A stretch of 64,000 bases of DNA, from assembly GCF_964355755.1 (NCBI RefSeq), contig NC_092673.1, positions 12,558,948 to 12,622,947 on the forward strand, read 5' to 3'. Source of the DNA: Antedon mediterranea (lineage: Eukaryota; Animalia; Echinodermata). A model generated the notes under the pieces. That model was not told the origin of the DNA, ran no database searches, and was given only the letters and a program-made list of their open reading frames with translations. A program made the position numbers and the translations under genes. Below, piece by piece: positions 12,388-24,974 of the stretch; position 1 is the first letter of the stretch, and the number at the start of each line of letters is the position of its first letter.

Positions 12388-14369
12388 GGTTCTAGGAGGA
12401 CACCTACCCACTAGACAGTTACCCCCCGGATGTTTACCACCCGGACAACTACCCCATTAGGACAACTACCCCCTTAGGATAACTACCCCCCGGGTAACTA
12501 CCCCCGGTTAACTACCCCCCCCCCGGTCAACTAACCCCCGGTCAACTACCACCCCCCCCCCCCTAATCCAAAAGTAGACAAATATATAGGACCGGTTTCT
12601 GTAAAAATGAAATCATCTGTTTTTAACGGGTGTTTCGAAACTAGAGACCCGAGACCAGAGACCTGACACGAGACCCAATACGAAAAGGGAGACCTATATT
12701 TGGGTCTCCCTTTTCGTATATTAGGGTCTCCCTTTTCGTATAGTGTGGTCTCTCTTTTCGTATAGTGGGGTCTCCCTTTCTTATAGTGGGGTCTCCCTTT
12801 TCTTATAGTGGGTCTCCCTTTTCGTATATTTGGGTCTCCCATTTTGTATATTTGGTCTCCCTTTTCGTATATTTAGGTCTCCCTTTTCGTATATTAGGGT
12901 CTCCCTTTTCGTATAGTGGGGTCTCCCTTTTCGTATAGTGGGGTCTCCCTTTTCGTACGTGGGTCTCCCTTTTCGTATATTTAGGTCTCCCTTTTCGTAT
13001 TGGGTCTCGGGTCTCTGGTGTCTGGTCTCGGGTCTCTAGTTTCGAAACACCCGTTTTTAACCGATTATTCTGTTTAACAGCACGCTAGACCCTAGAAGTG
13101 CTAGATTTAAAGTACCGTATTTATTGAAAAAAAGGCATGGGCTGTTTATTGTTTAGGTGGTTTTTAGGTGGACATTTATTGGAAGAAAGTTGTTTATTCA
13201 ATGGGAGGGGGTATAATCTAATGGAAATAGACGCCGATTATTCCATATGATGTTTCATTGGAGTGACATGGTCACCGTTTATTTGAGGGGAATTTATTTA
13301 AAGATCACCGTTTATTCGGTGAGTGAACATTGAGGTCAAATATCAAAAGTGATATTATTCTTCAAGTGTACAAAAATACATATATGACAAATTTGAGACA
13401 AAAATTAATTCTTTTAAGACCAGTGGTTATCGAAGCATTGTCCTGACGCAAAAATTATTATTATTATTAGCGAACCCAGTCTTTACAGTAAATACAGGGA
13501 GTACTATATAATACGTTCGACTATCCTACGATCATGTGTGACAATCTTCAGTTTATACCAGGCTATATTTATGTTCAATCTTTTACTTTTGTTTACAATA
13601 ATGAATAGTAATTCGTCAAAGTAACGAATTAAAATATAGTTATTAATTCCTATTATACACTGTTGCAGAGTCAGGTTGTTGAATGGTCTGGGTGGTAGTT
13701 GTCCGTCCGGGGGGTAGTTGTTCTAAAGGGATAGTTTTCTGGGTAGTAGTTGTCCAGGGGTTAGTTGTCCTACGGAGGTAGTTATCCTAAAAGATTATTT
13801 GCCCTCGGAGTATTGTCCAGGTCCAGGAGGTAGTTGTCCTACGGGGAGTATTGTGTCAGAGGTAGTTGTCCGCGGGGTAATTACCCGGGGGGGGGGGAGG
13901 GGGGTGTAATTATCCGGGGGTAATTGTCAGGGGGTAATTTTTCCTAGGGGTAATTGTCCGGGGGGTAGTTGTCCAGGGGTTAGTTGTCCTACGGAGGTAG
14001 TTGTCCTAAAAGATTATTTGCCCTCGGAGTATTGTCCAGGAAGTAGTTGTCCTACGGGGAGTATTGTGTCCGCGGGGTAATTACCGGGGGGGGGGGGGGG
14101 GGGTAATTGTCCGGGGGTTTTTTGTTTCGGGGGGTAATTGTTTCTAGGGGTAATTGTCCGGGGGGTAGTTGTCCAGGGGGGTAGTTGTCCTAAGGGGGTA
14201 GTTGTCCTAAGGGGGTAGTTGTCCGGGGGGTATTTGTCCGGGGGGTAGTTGTCCGGGGGGTAGTTGTCCTAAAGGGGTAGTTGTCCTAAGAGGGTAGTGG
14301 TCCAGGTGGTGGTTGTCCGGGGGGTAGTTTTCCGGGGGGTAAATGTCCAGGGAGTGAATATCCGGATAC
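12388..14369. mobile_element. Foldback/MULE-type element with tandem GGACAACTACCCC subterminal arrays
   Basis: The left arm (12398-12565) has C-rich GGACAACTACCCC units and the right arm (13690-14369) has the reverse complement GGGGTAGTTGTCC, ending TCCGGATAC. No TSD was recovered. Confidence 0.7.
12628..13052. mobile_element. MULE MITE
   Basis: TIR GGGTGTTTCGAAACTAGAGACCCGAGACCAGA..., perfect 9-bp TSD GTTTTTAAC (12619-27, 13053-61), and an internal array of ~22-bp GGTCTCCCTTTTCGTATA units. Confidence 0.9.
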
Positions 14370-14397
14370 GCGATTTTTAAATTGTTATCATCATCTC

Positions 14398-15507
14398 TAG
14401 TAGGGCTCTAGGCCTGTAACGCCAAATTTGATCCAGCTGACCAATTTTGGACGTCAAAACTGGTTCAATAGTATGAGAAACCTCTTATATGAAAATGTTT
14501 CAAGAAAAACAAGCATTGGAAATAAATTGATTGATTGATATTTATAAAAACTAAATATGTGAATTAGATATTAGATATTCAAATGATAATAATATGTATA
14601 AACCCATTGTTTAATATTTACCACAAATAATTACCGATACATGCTCAAATAGATAAATGCTTACTGTACTGTATAATAAATCAAGTATACATCAAGTTCA
14701 TGTTTAATAGGTCAAAGGTCAATAACTTTACTTCCGGTCGAAAATGTTGCATTACAATAAATATAAATATGTATGGTCTCAGCAATTTGAGACCATTTTT
14801 AAATTTCAATGACCAGTCGTTTTAAGATACAGTGCAAGTCAAGGCCAAGAGTAAATAGTGCAGAAAAATAGTTCCTAACCTACATTTCGTCAAAATGTTC
14901 CATTACAATGAATATAATTAATATACGCTCCGAGTATTTTGATACCAATACTATAGGCTTGATAGACCAAAAGGATACGGAGATAGGACCAATTGGCTGC
15001 CATTTTGATCTTGGGGCTGTTACCATGGTTACGGGATTGTGAAAATGTGTTACCTAGTATTTTTGGTATCCTAGCACCATAATAAAGAAGTGAAATCTCA
15101 CCTTGGGCATTAAAATCCTACGGAAATACACGAGGACACTGACTATAAAATGCATACATTATATACGTTTTTAATGGCAGCTATCTTGGAATCCAATATG
15201 GCTGCCATATGCTATTATTCAAATTGTACCATTGGACTGATTGTTATAATATTGTAAGATTTATCACACAAATTACGTTCGTACGTGGTTTAAAATAGGA
15301 GCTACTAACAGTTTTGAGTAATAAATGGGGGTCATTTTGAAATCTAAGATGGCGGCCAAAATAGGGTCGGGAAAAATTGGCCCCCAGTTGCAATGCATTC
15401 TACTAGTCCTAAGGATTCCAAAACTGCCAAAAACTCAACTTGAGCATTAAAATCTCACGGAATTGATATATGGAACATTAGGTTCCCCACTATTAGGTTC
15501 CCCACTA
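14398..15507. mobile_element. Probable Academ-like non-autonomous element
   Basis: Starts TAGTAGGG and ends CCCCACTA, with the terminal 15 bp TTAGGTTCCCCACTA tandemly duplicated. Contains AAGATGGCGGCC-type motifs like the other Academ copies. No clear TSD. Confidence 0.45.
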
Positions 15508-16769
15508 TAGGTTTGGATAAAATCGGTCATGGCAGTAGGAATTATTTGGCCGCCAATACCTGGGCCAAAGTGTGATATGCGCATAATAATCATGTTTATA
15601 TCATTCCAAATTTGAAACGATAAGATGAGGAAATCTAGGAAAATGAGAAAAAGTAGCCCACCCAAGATTTGAACCCGGAATCTTCTGCTTGATATATGCA
15701 GATGTCCTAATCATTTCTTGATATTATACCATGGAGGTAAATGATTATACAATCTGAATGGCCAGAATAGCCGCCCATACTACACTACAAATGCAGAGCT
15801 GCTGCACTCTAATGCTTTGCATGCATGCTGCACGCGGCGGCATGGCATCAATAAAGATCCGGTGTAACTACTGTGGAACTTTGATGGCATGCAGTCCATC
15901 CGATCCCCAAACCACTTGACCACCACATTGCAACGACACAACCATCCGAACATTGGACAAAGAATAATATGGTATATCGTTGCAACGTACTGCTATTACT
16001 GTACACCTACACCATACATTCTATCAATCAGCATAGGCTATAGGCCTAGTATTAAAAAAAAAGTAAAGTGAGATGCTCCAGATACACAGTAGTAAACCTC
16101 TACTCCTACTACTAGCGAGCTAGGAACAACTGAACTAAACTTTTAATAGCGGCGAAGATTGAAGGTGAATCAAGGTAAATCAAGAGTATTTCTTTAACTA
16201 ACTGACTACATATAGGTCTAGGCCTAGGCTATATTATTATGGGGTGTTTCGAAAGCCAAAAAAGACTTAGCTAGCTAGGCTAGGTCTATATGACAACATT
16301 AAAATTATATATTACTCGCTCATACCATTCCATGCTCATACATAAATAAAAACAGGAGATCATCATGTACTAGCCTACTAACCATATAAAAAACATTATT
16401 TATAGGCCTAGGCCTAGGCCTAGTTTTTATTTCATCAAAATTAAACAACCCGTTATATATTATTTTTATTAATATTTTTAAAATATAGAGTCGTGTATGT
16501 AAAAGATATGATTTTCGTCACTTTTTTACCATTTAGTAAGATTCAGTGACGATTCGGCACTGAGACGATTCGGCCCGGGACTATTCGGCCCACATTTTGG
16601 CCGAAACGTCGCACTTTGCGGGCCGAATCGTCCCACATTTAAACAAACCCAACGCCTGGTAATTATAATGTTATACAGTTTTTTTAATCGGTTTTTATCA
16701 AGTTTTCAAAGGTGTTTGAACTAAACAATTGTATTTAAATGTAAATAATTCTTCTATCGTTTTGAGTAA

Positions 16770-17112
16770 TGCACTTGTCAATTGTATGACCCACTATACG
16801 ACCCCCGGGAGAGGTGCGTCATGGGTGCGTCATTTACAAATAATTACTGACGCAGGGGTGCGTCAAAAAACCTAGATGGTACGTCGCATCAATGAACAAG
16901 GTGTGTCAATATCCGTCACTTTACCACCCACCATATCATAAACAACATGGTCACAGTGCGTCAAAAGGGGTGCGTCATGGTCACCTAAAGGTAAGTCACA
17001 TTTTTGACGCACCGGTGCGTCATGGTATTCAAAGGTATGACGCACGTGACATCGGACAAATGACGCACCTCTCCCGGGGGTCGTATAGTGGGTCATACAA
17101 TTGACAAGTGCA
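16770..17112. mobile_element. PIF/Harbinger MITE
   Basis: 53-bp perfect TIR TGCACTTGTCAATTGTATGACCCACTATACGACCCCCGGGAGAGGTGCGTCAT, TAA TSD on both sides, and multiple internal TGCGTCA motifs. Confidence 0.9.
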
Positions 17113-17695
17113 TAAGTTTAGCCAAGTTTTTTCCGGGAAATTTGGTGTTTTGTTTGCTAGGCTAGGCCTAGATCGAGGACGAAAAACCAATTCTCGACCA
17201 ACCTAGAGTATTAGAGAAACAACCTGGAAAATGTATTTCATCTGACTGTGTAAGTTTCATTTTCGAATAATTATTATTTATTTGTTTAAAATATACTAGC
17301 CTAGGCACCTACTAGCTAGGCCTACTAGGCTTTCTGGCCTAGCCTAGGTAGGCTAAATAGTTTTAGATAACTCAAATTTAGGAAGGGTTACTAAAAAAAG
17401 TAAAACTGACAATGTGTCAAGACTCAAGGCTTTACTTTTTGAGGCAAGGGTGTGCGATCATTCACGTAACAAACTTCTATTTTACTGCCCTTGAGTTGTG
17501 CGACACTTGAATTTACTACAAATCAAAATACAAACGGCACACATACAGCAGCACTCCTGAATTTTTGAAAAGAAAAGGTACAACACCTTTTATTTGGTCA
17601 GTTCCATTTGTTGAGTACACACTTCAATGAAGTTGATACATTAATAATAATTTATTTCCACTTTAAAGGTTGTTAAAATTGTAATGCCGATTGAA

Positions 17696-18013
17696 GGACA
17701 GTTATGTGAGTGAGTGGCTGAGCGGTTAAGACAGTGGAACCGTAATCCATAGCCATAACATCGGCAAGGGTTCGAGGCTCACTTGCTCCATGGTTTTGGT
17801 GGTAGAACTGTCTTCTCAGATAAGGACTATAAACCATAGGTGTATGCATATTGCTTGTGTAGGGGGTTACCCCAGTGTACTTACCCCAGTGTACTTGACT
17901 TTCATACACATGCTGCCGATGACACGATGTGACCCTTGTTGAAAAGGTGTAACATCTTAGTCACAGTGCTCTGATCTTCATAAAATAGCGCTATATAAAT
18001 GTTGCATTATTAT
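17696..18013 (+). mobile_element. tRNA-derived SINE
   Basis: A-box TGGCTGAGCGG (17715-25), B-box GGTTCGAGGCT (17769-79), and a LINE-like 3' tail AGCGCTATATAAAT followed by ATTATT. Confidence 0.75.
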
Positions 18014-18224
18014 GTCAATTTCATAACACAAGGACGAGTTTTTTAATTTATTAGAGGCCTCAACTGGCGGTGTATGTCCTGGGCAGCGACCCCAACTTCA
18101 ACTAGTTCAGCTTCGCGTCTCAATTGTGGAATGAGGATATACACGCTGCTCCTTGAGGTGTTTTCAAGTTCAACCTGTTATGCCATCCTGGAAAACAAGT
18201 AATATTTGATTGGTCGATAGCAAA

Positions 18225-18588
18225 AGAAACGTGGTATATAGTAAAACCTTAGAAACGTGGTATATAGTAAAACCTTAGAAACGTGGTATATAGTAAAACC
18301 TTAGAAACGTGGTATATAGTAAAACCTTAGAAACGTGGTATATAGTAAAACCTTAGAAACGTGGTATATAGTAAAACCTTAGAAACGTGGTATATAGTAA
18401 AACCTTAGAAACGTGGTATATAGTAAAACCTTAGAAACGTGGTATATAGTAAAACCTTAGAAACGTGGTATATAGTAAAACCTTAGAAACGTGGTATATT
18501 GTAAAACCTTAGAAACGTGGTATATAGTAAAACCTTAGAAACGTGGTATATAGTAAAACCTTAGAAACGTGGTATATAGTAAAACCTT
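18225..18588. repeat. Minisatellite, 14 x 26 bp
   Basis: Unit AGAAACGTGGTATATAGTAAAACCTT; 364 bp = 14 units with one substitution near 18500. It lies in a MULE intron. Confidence 0.95.
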
Positions 18589-18776
18589 CAGGGCCCATTA
18601 AGGAGGGTTCTACTGTAGGGTTGCTAGCAAAGCAGACCTTTTACTTTTACAATCACAGTCACAATGTTTATTTACATATTTTAATTTTTTCTTAAAATTC
18701 TACAAAACCTGTCAAAACGGACTGTCCATGTTTGCTAAACATACCTTCCACGTTTGCTAAACATACCTTCCACATC

Positions 18777-21700
18777 CAGGGATGTCACCAGCTTTTTGGA
18801 GTGCCGGTCGGCAAATCCCGGGGGGGGGGGGGGGGGGGGTGTCCGTGTCCGGGGGGGGGGGATGTTACCCCCGGGGGTGTCGTTATTTTAGCAAAACATA
18901 ATGAATTATGAAAATAAATAACAACAAATTGCGTCAGGTCTAGGCCTAACCTTGTACCACCGGGGAGTCGCCGTTATTATTCGCGAAAACAAAAAAACGC
19001 TTACGAAATGAATAGCAATTGTAGATCGCGTCAGGCCTAGCCTTGTGGACACTACGACCACTAGGCCTAGCCAAGGCTTAGATAGATGCCCCAAAATCTG
19101 AATTCCACAAAAACAGGCGCTTCCTTATTTAGGCCTAACCCCTAATCAAATACTGTAGATAAATTATTAGCCTAGACCTTACTACTTTTTGCTCGATATA
19201 TTAATAATAAATATGTGTTCTTTTGCGCGAGAGTTTTTTTAGCGTATTTGTGAATTCCGGATTTTGTAGTGCATGGACGGCAAGAACAGCACGTGTTTAT
19301 GGGTTAACTGAAGTTCAGCAACCTGAAGTTATCCAGGGACGTCCAGCAGTTAGCAGGGGAAGTCCCCTGCCGCTCATTTTACTGGCACTTTTAACATATA
19401 ATATTCACAAAATTAGAAACATGGCATAACATAATAATTCGGTGGCATAACATAAGTAAAGCATAATAACAATGTTATTAACGTTCCTTGTTGTAATTGT
19501 GCTATTGCATTCGGATTCTACGATTTGTTGTAGCAGCCCAACTCTTAACAACCTCTACAAAGTCAAAGTTACTGGCCGGTGGGCCATCAATAGCGATGCG
19601 TATCAGGCCATCAAGGCTTGTCTGACAGAGTCTATTTCGTGGAACAGTTTTGATAAGCTTCAGTTGAGAAAATGTCCGTTCGGAATCGGCAGTATGACAT
19701 GGTAAAATCCGATAGATTTGGGCCAATTTTGTCACATTTGGGAATGCATCCCTGGCCAGGCGGTTAGTGCAAAGATAGTTCACAATGACATCGGTAGTTG
19801 AATCTTGTTGCTTAAGAATAGATCCTTTTGCAAAGTTCATAAAATTATTCCATTCATTTTGAACGTCGGCAGTGCGGGTATTATCCAAAAAATGTTCACT
19901 TAGTGTAGCAATGTAATCATTTCCAAAGTTTTTGTCGGCAGTGCGAAGCAAATCTGGATCAAACAAACTAAATTGTGAAAGTTTAGTAACATCATCAACT
20001 GGGAATCTTTGAGTAATATTTTCCATGAGTGTGTCAATGTATTTTCCACGGATGTGTTTATCAAAGTAATCAGCATCATCAGTTCTTTCTTTAACGTCAA
20101 TGTCGGAAGACTTAAGATTATCCAAGAGTTGTGGTAGTTCCTGTAAAGTTGGACCATCTGTCGTCTTCATGTCAGATATCGTAGTAAGTGTTGCTTTAAC
20201 AAGTGGTTGGATCAAACAATGTTGGAATTCCCGAGCCTGGAATGCCTTGCAGAGGCGACTGACGTGTGGCAATATATCGCAAAGAAGCAACATCGTTGCA
20301 ACGAAACGGTAAGTCCTTGCTAAATGAAAAAGTCCAATGGCCTTGGCGTCACCGCGTTCTTCTCCTTCTCTTTCCAAGCTTACAAGAGTACTTATAAAAC
20401 TGTCTTTCAAACGAGAAACTGAATGTTCAATGCTAAGCCATCGCGTAGATGATGGTTCAATGGGTTTCAACACCTTCTCGTTGAGTGCCGTTTGTATCGC
20501 ATGCAAACCAGCAGTTCTGACTGCACTGTTATTGAAGAAGTCGTACAGTTGTCTAAGAATCGACGAAAATTTCTTCACAAATGGTACGGCGTTGGCAGCC
20601 TGTGATGTTGCCAGTTGTAATCTGTGTCCACAACAATGAATTCCTATGGCAGATTTTGCAATTTCCTGCAATCGCTTTACGACGCCGTTGTGCCTTCCGG
20701 TCATTACGGCAGCACCATCAGTACCTATACCACATAGATGTTCAAAACTAAGTCCTTTGTCATTAAAATATCCAGTAACGTGGTTTGTAATTGTTCCGGC
20801 GTTTAGGGCAACTGTACCGTCCCCGTCGATTGCTGCTCTCAATGGTTCGATCATTTTTAGAAACTTTACACATAAATTTCCATTGCCATCAATGTATCGG
20901 CAGTTCAATGTTAATTGTTCAGATACGCTGACATCAGTTGTTTCATCAAGCATAATAGCAAAATAAGGCGAGTTCTTGACGGCAAGAAGTGTTGCTTCCT
21001 CCAGCTGGTTAGAAATAAACGATAACATTTCCTGTATTGATTTGTTACTACAGTATGTAACGTTCTTCGCAACATTTAAATCCTCTTTAATGTTCAATCC
21101 CAGTTGTGTAAGTAAGTCCAACAGCGGCTCAAAGTTCGTGATATGCGGGATACGTCGTTTGGCAAGGAAATAGAGGCATTTGAACGCAGATGTAATTGCC
21201 GAGTTGTTCACTTCTGGTTGGATAACTTCAGCAATGTTGTGCGTAGTTTCTACAACAAGTTCAAGATTCATAGCAGTTTGATGTGCTGATGATGTCTCAT
21301 GCTCCTTGATGCTGCCAAGTCTGAGCCGTTTGCAAGGTGTTATATTCCAAGTATCTCTGTCATATGGTCGCATATTGTGTTTCTGACAGAGGAAACAGTA
21401 CATCCCAATCTCGCTAGGCTTATAAAACAGCCAAGATTTACGGCCATTTAGCCACTCATTTCGGAAATGAGTGGACTGCTTTCCCGTTTTGGCCTTCTTT
21501 GTAGGTTGAGGTACCGGGTGGTGGTTCTCCTCATTTTTCCGTTTAGGTCTACTAGGGGTAAAACCAAACCGTGCTAGAGACATGATCGGAAGCGAGACTT
21601 TTTCTTTTTAGTGCCGGCGAGCGGGATACGTGCGATAAAAACGCCCTTGCTTTTGTTTTATATAACAATACACAATCGGCGGAAAGTCGGCGAGCGCTTG

Positions 21701-22420
21701 ACACTTTAATATACGTCAATAATTACCGTGCGCGCAAGCGAATCACAATTAGCTAGAAGTTCATTGATTATTATGTGTACCATGCTCGGCGATCATAAAC
21801 GAACGAACTTGCCCGGTCTCACTGAACCATGCACACGTTTTTTTTATTTTTTTTTAATAGTTCGTAGAGTACAAAAATGTAAAACTAGTAACATAATATA
21901 ATTAAAGCAGGGTGACAAAACATTCAGCAATTAAAAATTATTTTGTTTGGGTCTATCATGGGACTATAGTTCCATGGGTCTATGTAGTTGTATATTTGTA
22001 ATTACTGCGTACTTGTTTGTATTTTTAATCTGTGCAAAATAAAACGCTTGAATGGTCGCTATGTGAACTTTAAACTTGTACACTGTGCTGTGTTGCACGT
22101 TGTTCGCCATGACTCACAAGCTGTAAAAATGAATACCAGGGCAGGGTAGGCCTGGTATTGTGTTACAAATAAAGTAACGTACGTAACCACGGAAACATTT
22201 GCTGTAGTCTTTTGTCTTATCTATATGAGGCTAGCTTGTCTGTTATTAACGATGTGCTAGGTAAAATGTTTCAGTACGAATTTTAGTTAGGCCTAGGCCT
22301 AATATAAATATCGTAATGATTAATAAATAATAGTGGTGGTCGGCAGCCTGTGAATCCTGGTCGGAAATGTTGAGTGCTGGTCGGGGCCGACCAGCGCCGA
22401 CCAGCGTGGTGACATCCCTG
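18777..22420 (-). mobile_element. Autonomous hAT transposon with a 6-bp TSD (hAT6-like)
   Basis: 14-bp TIR CAGGGATGTCACCA, TSD CACATC at 18771-76 and 22421-26, and an intact transposase inside. Confidence 0.92.
19502..21583 (-). CDS. hAT transposase, ZNF862/C17orf113-like, 693 aa
   Basis: Uninterrupted ORF with an N-terminal zinc finger (F..EW...WL...MYCFLC...HE.S.AH) and the motifs MLDETTD (D), TDGAAVMTG (D), HCCGHRLQL (CxxH), TRWLS and TADSERTFS (E), followed by a C-terminal dimerisation domain. Confidence 0.95.
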   Translation of the reverse strand: MSLARFGFTPSRPKRKNEENHHPVPQPTKKAKTGKQSTHFRNEWLNGRKSWLFYKPSEIGMYCFLCQKHNMRPYDRDTWNITPCKRLRLGSIKEHETSSAHQTAMNLELVVETTHNIAEVIQPEVNNSAITSAFKCLYFLAKRRIPHITNFEPLLDLLTQLGLNIKEDLNVAKNVTYCSNKSIQEMLSFISNQLEEATLLAVKNSPYFAIMLDETTDVSVSEQLTLNCRYIDGNGNLCVKFLKMIEPLRAAIDGDGTVALNAGTITNHVTGYFNDKGLSFEHLCGIGTDGAAVMTGRHNGVVKRLQEIAKSAIGIHCCGHRLQLATSQAANAVPFVKKFSSILRQLYDFFNNSAVRTAGLHAIQTALNEKVLKPIEPSSTRWLSIEHSVSRLKDSFISTLVSLEREGEERGDAKAIGLFHLARTYRFVATMLLLCDILPHVSRLCKAFQAREFQHCLIQPLVKATLTTISDMKTTDGPTLQELPQLLDNLKSSDIDVKERTDDADYFDKHIRGKYIDTLMENITQRFPVDDVTKLSQFSLFDPDLLRTADKNFGNDYIATLSEHFLDNTRTADVQNEWNNFMNFAKGSILKQQDSTTDVIVNYLCTNRLARDAFPNVTKLAQIYRILPCHTADSERTFSQLKLIKTVPRNRLCQTSLDGLIRIAIDGPPASNFDFVEVVKSWAATTNRRIRMQ

Positions 22421-22829
22421 CACATCGTTATTGGTACGGATTGTCATCCTGAACATACTGCAGGCGCTGACAGGAAAAATTTTGTTCTGGATCCACTGGT
22501 GGTCCATGTAATCCACGAGTTGCTTTAATTGTTGAGAGTTTGCCCTGGCTTTCAATGCATAGAATGTTATTGGTATATGCGTTGCCGGTAGGAATGGCAA
22601 ATTCATCAATTGCCTTCTGTACATATGAGTGGCTTTGTTTTCTTGATACTTTGTTGCAAGACTAACTTGCTGAACATGCCGCCAAACAGCTTGTGCTCAA
22701 TGAAAGGCACACCCTTTTATTTCTACACCCGGAAAGACATTTCGTACCTATTAGAAATGGACAAAATTCTATAAATAATTAAGTTGTATAAATATAGTAT
22801 ACTGTTTCAAGAATTTGAGGAATGATTAA

Positions 22830-24471
22830 AGGGGGATTCTGGGTTTAAAATTGCTTTTAAATATCGTTTATTTATTAAATAAAAAATATTATAACAATAT
22901 AGACATGTCAGAATGAAGAAGTAATAACGAGAAATTAAAAAAATTAAATTTCATATACATTTTAGGGTAAATTCATGGAAAGTCTGTTTTTCAGCAGCTT
23001 AGGGAAGCTCATTAGTATTCATGAGATATTCACAAAATCACGTCATCAGTGGATTCCAAACTCGCGACGTCAAGCTTGTACGTTATGTTCTCTCTCCTCT
23101 GTCAAACGATGACCACCCGATCATTGTGAAATACATTTTTTTTGTAGATTTGCTAAGCTAGGCCTAAAGTGTAATAATAACAGTAGTAGCATATATTTAT
23201 TTGACATTTAATGAAATACAAAATTTAGTACACATTACGGAGTCATAAATTATACTATTTTTATACCTCGAATTAATAGTACAGATCGTATATCGGCTTC
23301 ACGTACTAGTAGGCTAGGCCTAGCCTAAATCATTTTATTCATGCCGGGGTGAGAGCCATTTCTGACTAGGGATTCCATGCCACGATGGCTACGTTAAAAC
23401 ATTGCATTGGGGCCATCATTCATGGGCCTAGCTAGCCTATTACTAAAAGATTGGCCCATAAATAACAAAACTCAGTGGATTCCAAACCCATCCTATCAAC
23501 CAAACTCCTAAACAATCTAGGCCTAAACCTAAAACGTTCTAAAAAAAATCGGCTCTAAATATTGAGGCAAAACAAGGTCCGATCGCCGTCCGCACGTCTA
23601 ATAAGTAGGCCTAGTAGTTAGTTTACTCTCCAAAAAAGCGGATACTGCATCAAGCAAGTAGACCGGTAGTAGGATAGGAAGGAGACCTAGCTAGCCTAGC
23701 CTAGCCGATCCGGCCCAGTTAAAAATTGAGCTAGCTAATGTAGTAGACCCTATGCGAATTGATACTACCAGGCCTTTTACTATAGGCTACACTCTTGTTA
23801 AAATTAGCAATACTGTACTTATGTTTACAAATATTCCAACTCTCTCATTCGAGCTATATTATCTATACCATTCCGGTAGGTTGAGTCGACCTTCAATCAA
23901 ATACTGTACATCGTTCATGTTGTGATATAGACGGGGTATACTCGACCCGACCAGTTTGGTATTGTATACTGTATCTGCTTATCACGTGACGATGCCAGGC
24001 ATGGGCAGAGAGAGCACGTGTATCGTCGTCTCGCTCTCCTCGCTCAGCAGGTGGTGCAGGATTGTATACGTTACGCTTCATTGATTTTGAAGGCTTTCCC
24101 TAAGTCAGTGTGAAAATCGGCAAACGTAAAGTGCAAACTTATCTAATTTTTCACTGTTTTGATGGATTTTCATAGAAAATTGATTTTATAAATGGGAAGA
24201 CCGACTAAAATTACATAAGATAAGTATAATTTTACAAAAGTAATTGATATGGTTAATGATAACGAGTCGTCGGAAGATTGACCATTTCACGAATTTCGTA
24301 TTCTGTAACCACCGTGTGATTTTGCCGTAGCTGCACTTGTAATCTGGCCTCATTTCACAGCCTTCGTTCTGCTTCACTGGGCGCTTATATAAATTGAAAC
24401 TTTTACCGTTCAAGAGACAAACAAATATATTTTACATTTTTTACTATTCATTTTAAACCCGGAACCCCCCT
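22830..24471. mobile_element. Kolobok-like non-autonomous element in a MULE intron
   Basis: TTAA TSD (22826-29, 24472-75) and TIR AGGGGGATTCTGGGTTTAAAA vs AGGGGGGTTCCGGGTTTAAAA. AG termini with TTAA fit Kolobok rather than piggyBac. Confidence 0.8.
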
Positions 24472-24974
24472 TTAAATGAAAATATACCTGTCTCAAAATC
24501 CAGCACAACCATCTATAACGACAGATGATCCAATTTGTCATTCACAAGTTGTAGTACCTGATGTAAAAAAAACAAAATTTCATCAATAAAAGTACAGGTA
24601 ATGTACAAACGAGGAATCAATGAATCAGCATAGCACATATAATGCAGAATTTCTAGCATTTGTCAGTTTAAAGAGCAAACGCTTTCAACCCTGTGAAGGT
24701 CCTTTTTAGTTGGTATTGTTCATTACTCCCGACTGGATTTGCTTTTAAGGTAAATAAAAAAGCACATTTTATCAAAATCCAATTAAATTTATTGTAAATT
24801 ATGTTTAGTTGTACTTACAGCATCATAATCTTCTTTCTTTCTCCTAGACATTAAAATTAATACTAGAGGAAATTGTTTCATCTCTTGATACATTTGAAGA
24901 AAGTAATTAATTGAAAATAGTTGTCCAAATTTCTGGAACGGCTTGCTAACAACCTGGAAAAATTACATCTTTGT

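Noticed and set aside
12546-12842. 98-aa ORF with RKGRP repeats
   Set aside because: It is a translation of the MITE's internal 22-bp tandem array.
17696-17790. Functional tRNA gene
   Set aside because: A and B boxes are present but there is no convincing cloverleaf, and it continues into a SINE body and LINE-like tail.
18225-18588. Possible CRISPR array
   Set aside because: The units are head-to-tail and identical with no unique spacers, there are no cas genes, and the context is eukaryotic.
19472-21173. Several + strand ORFs of 65-106 aa
   Set aside because: They are antisense shadows of the hAT transposase ORF.
19502-21583. Domesticated host gene ZNF862
   Set aside because: It is intronless, has intact TIRs and a TSD, and is inserted inside another TE, so it is a transposon and no gene symbol is assigned.
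22283-22420. C-terminal part of the 113-aa ORF (QGCHHAGRR...)
   Set aside because: It is read-through from the MULE exon into the hAT TIR and not part of the protein.
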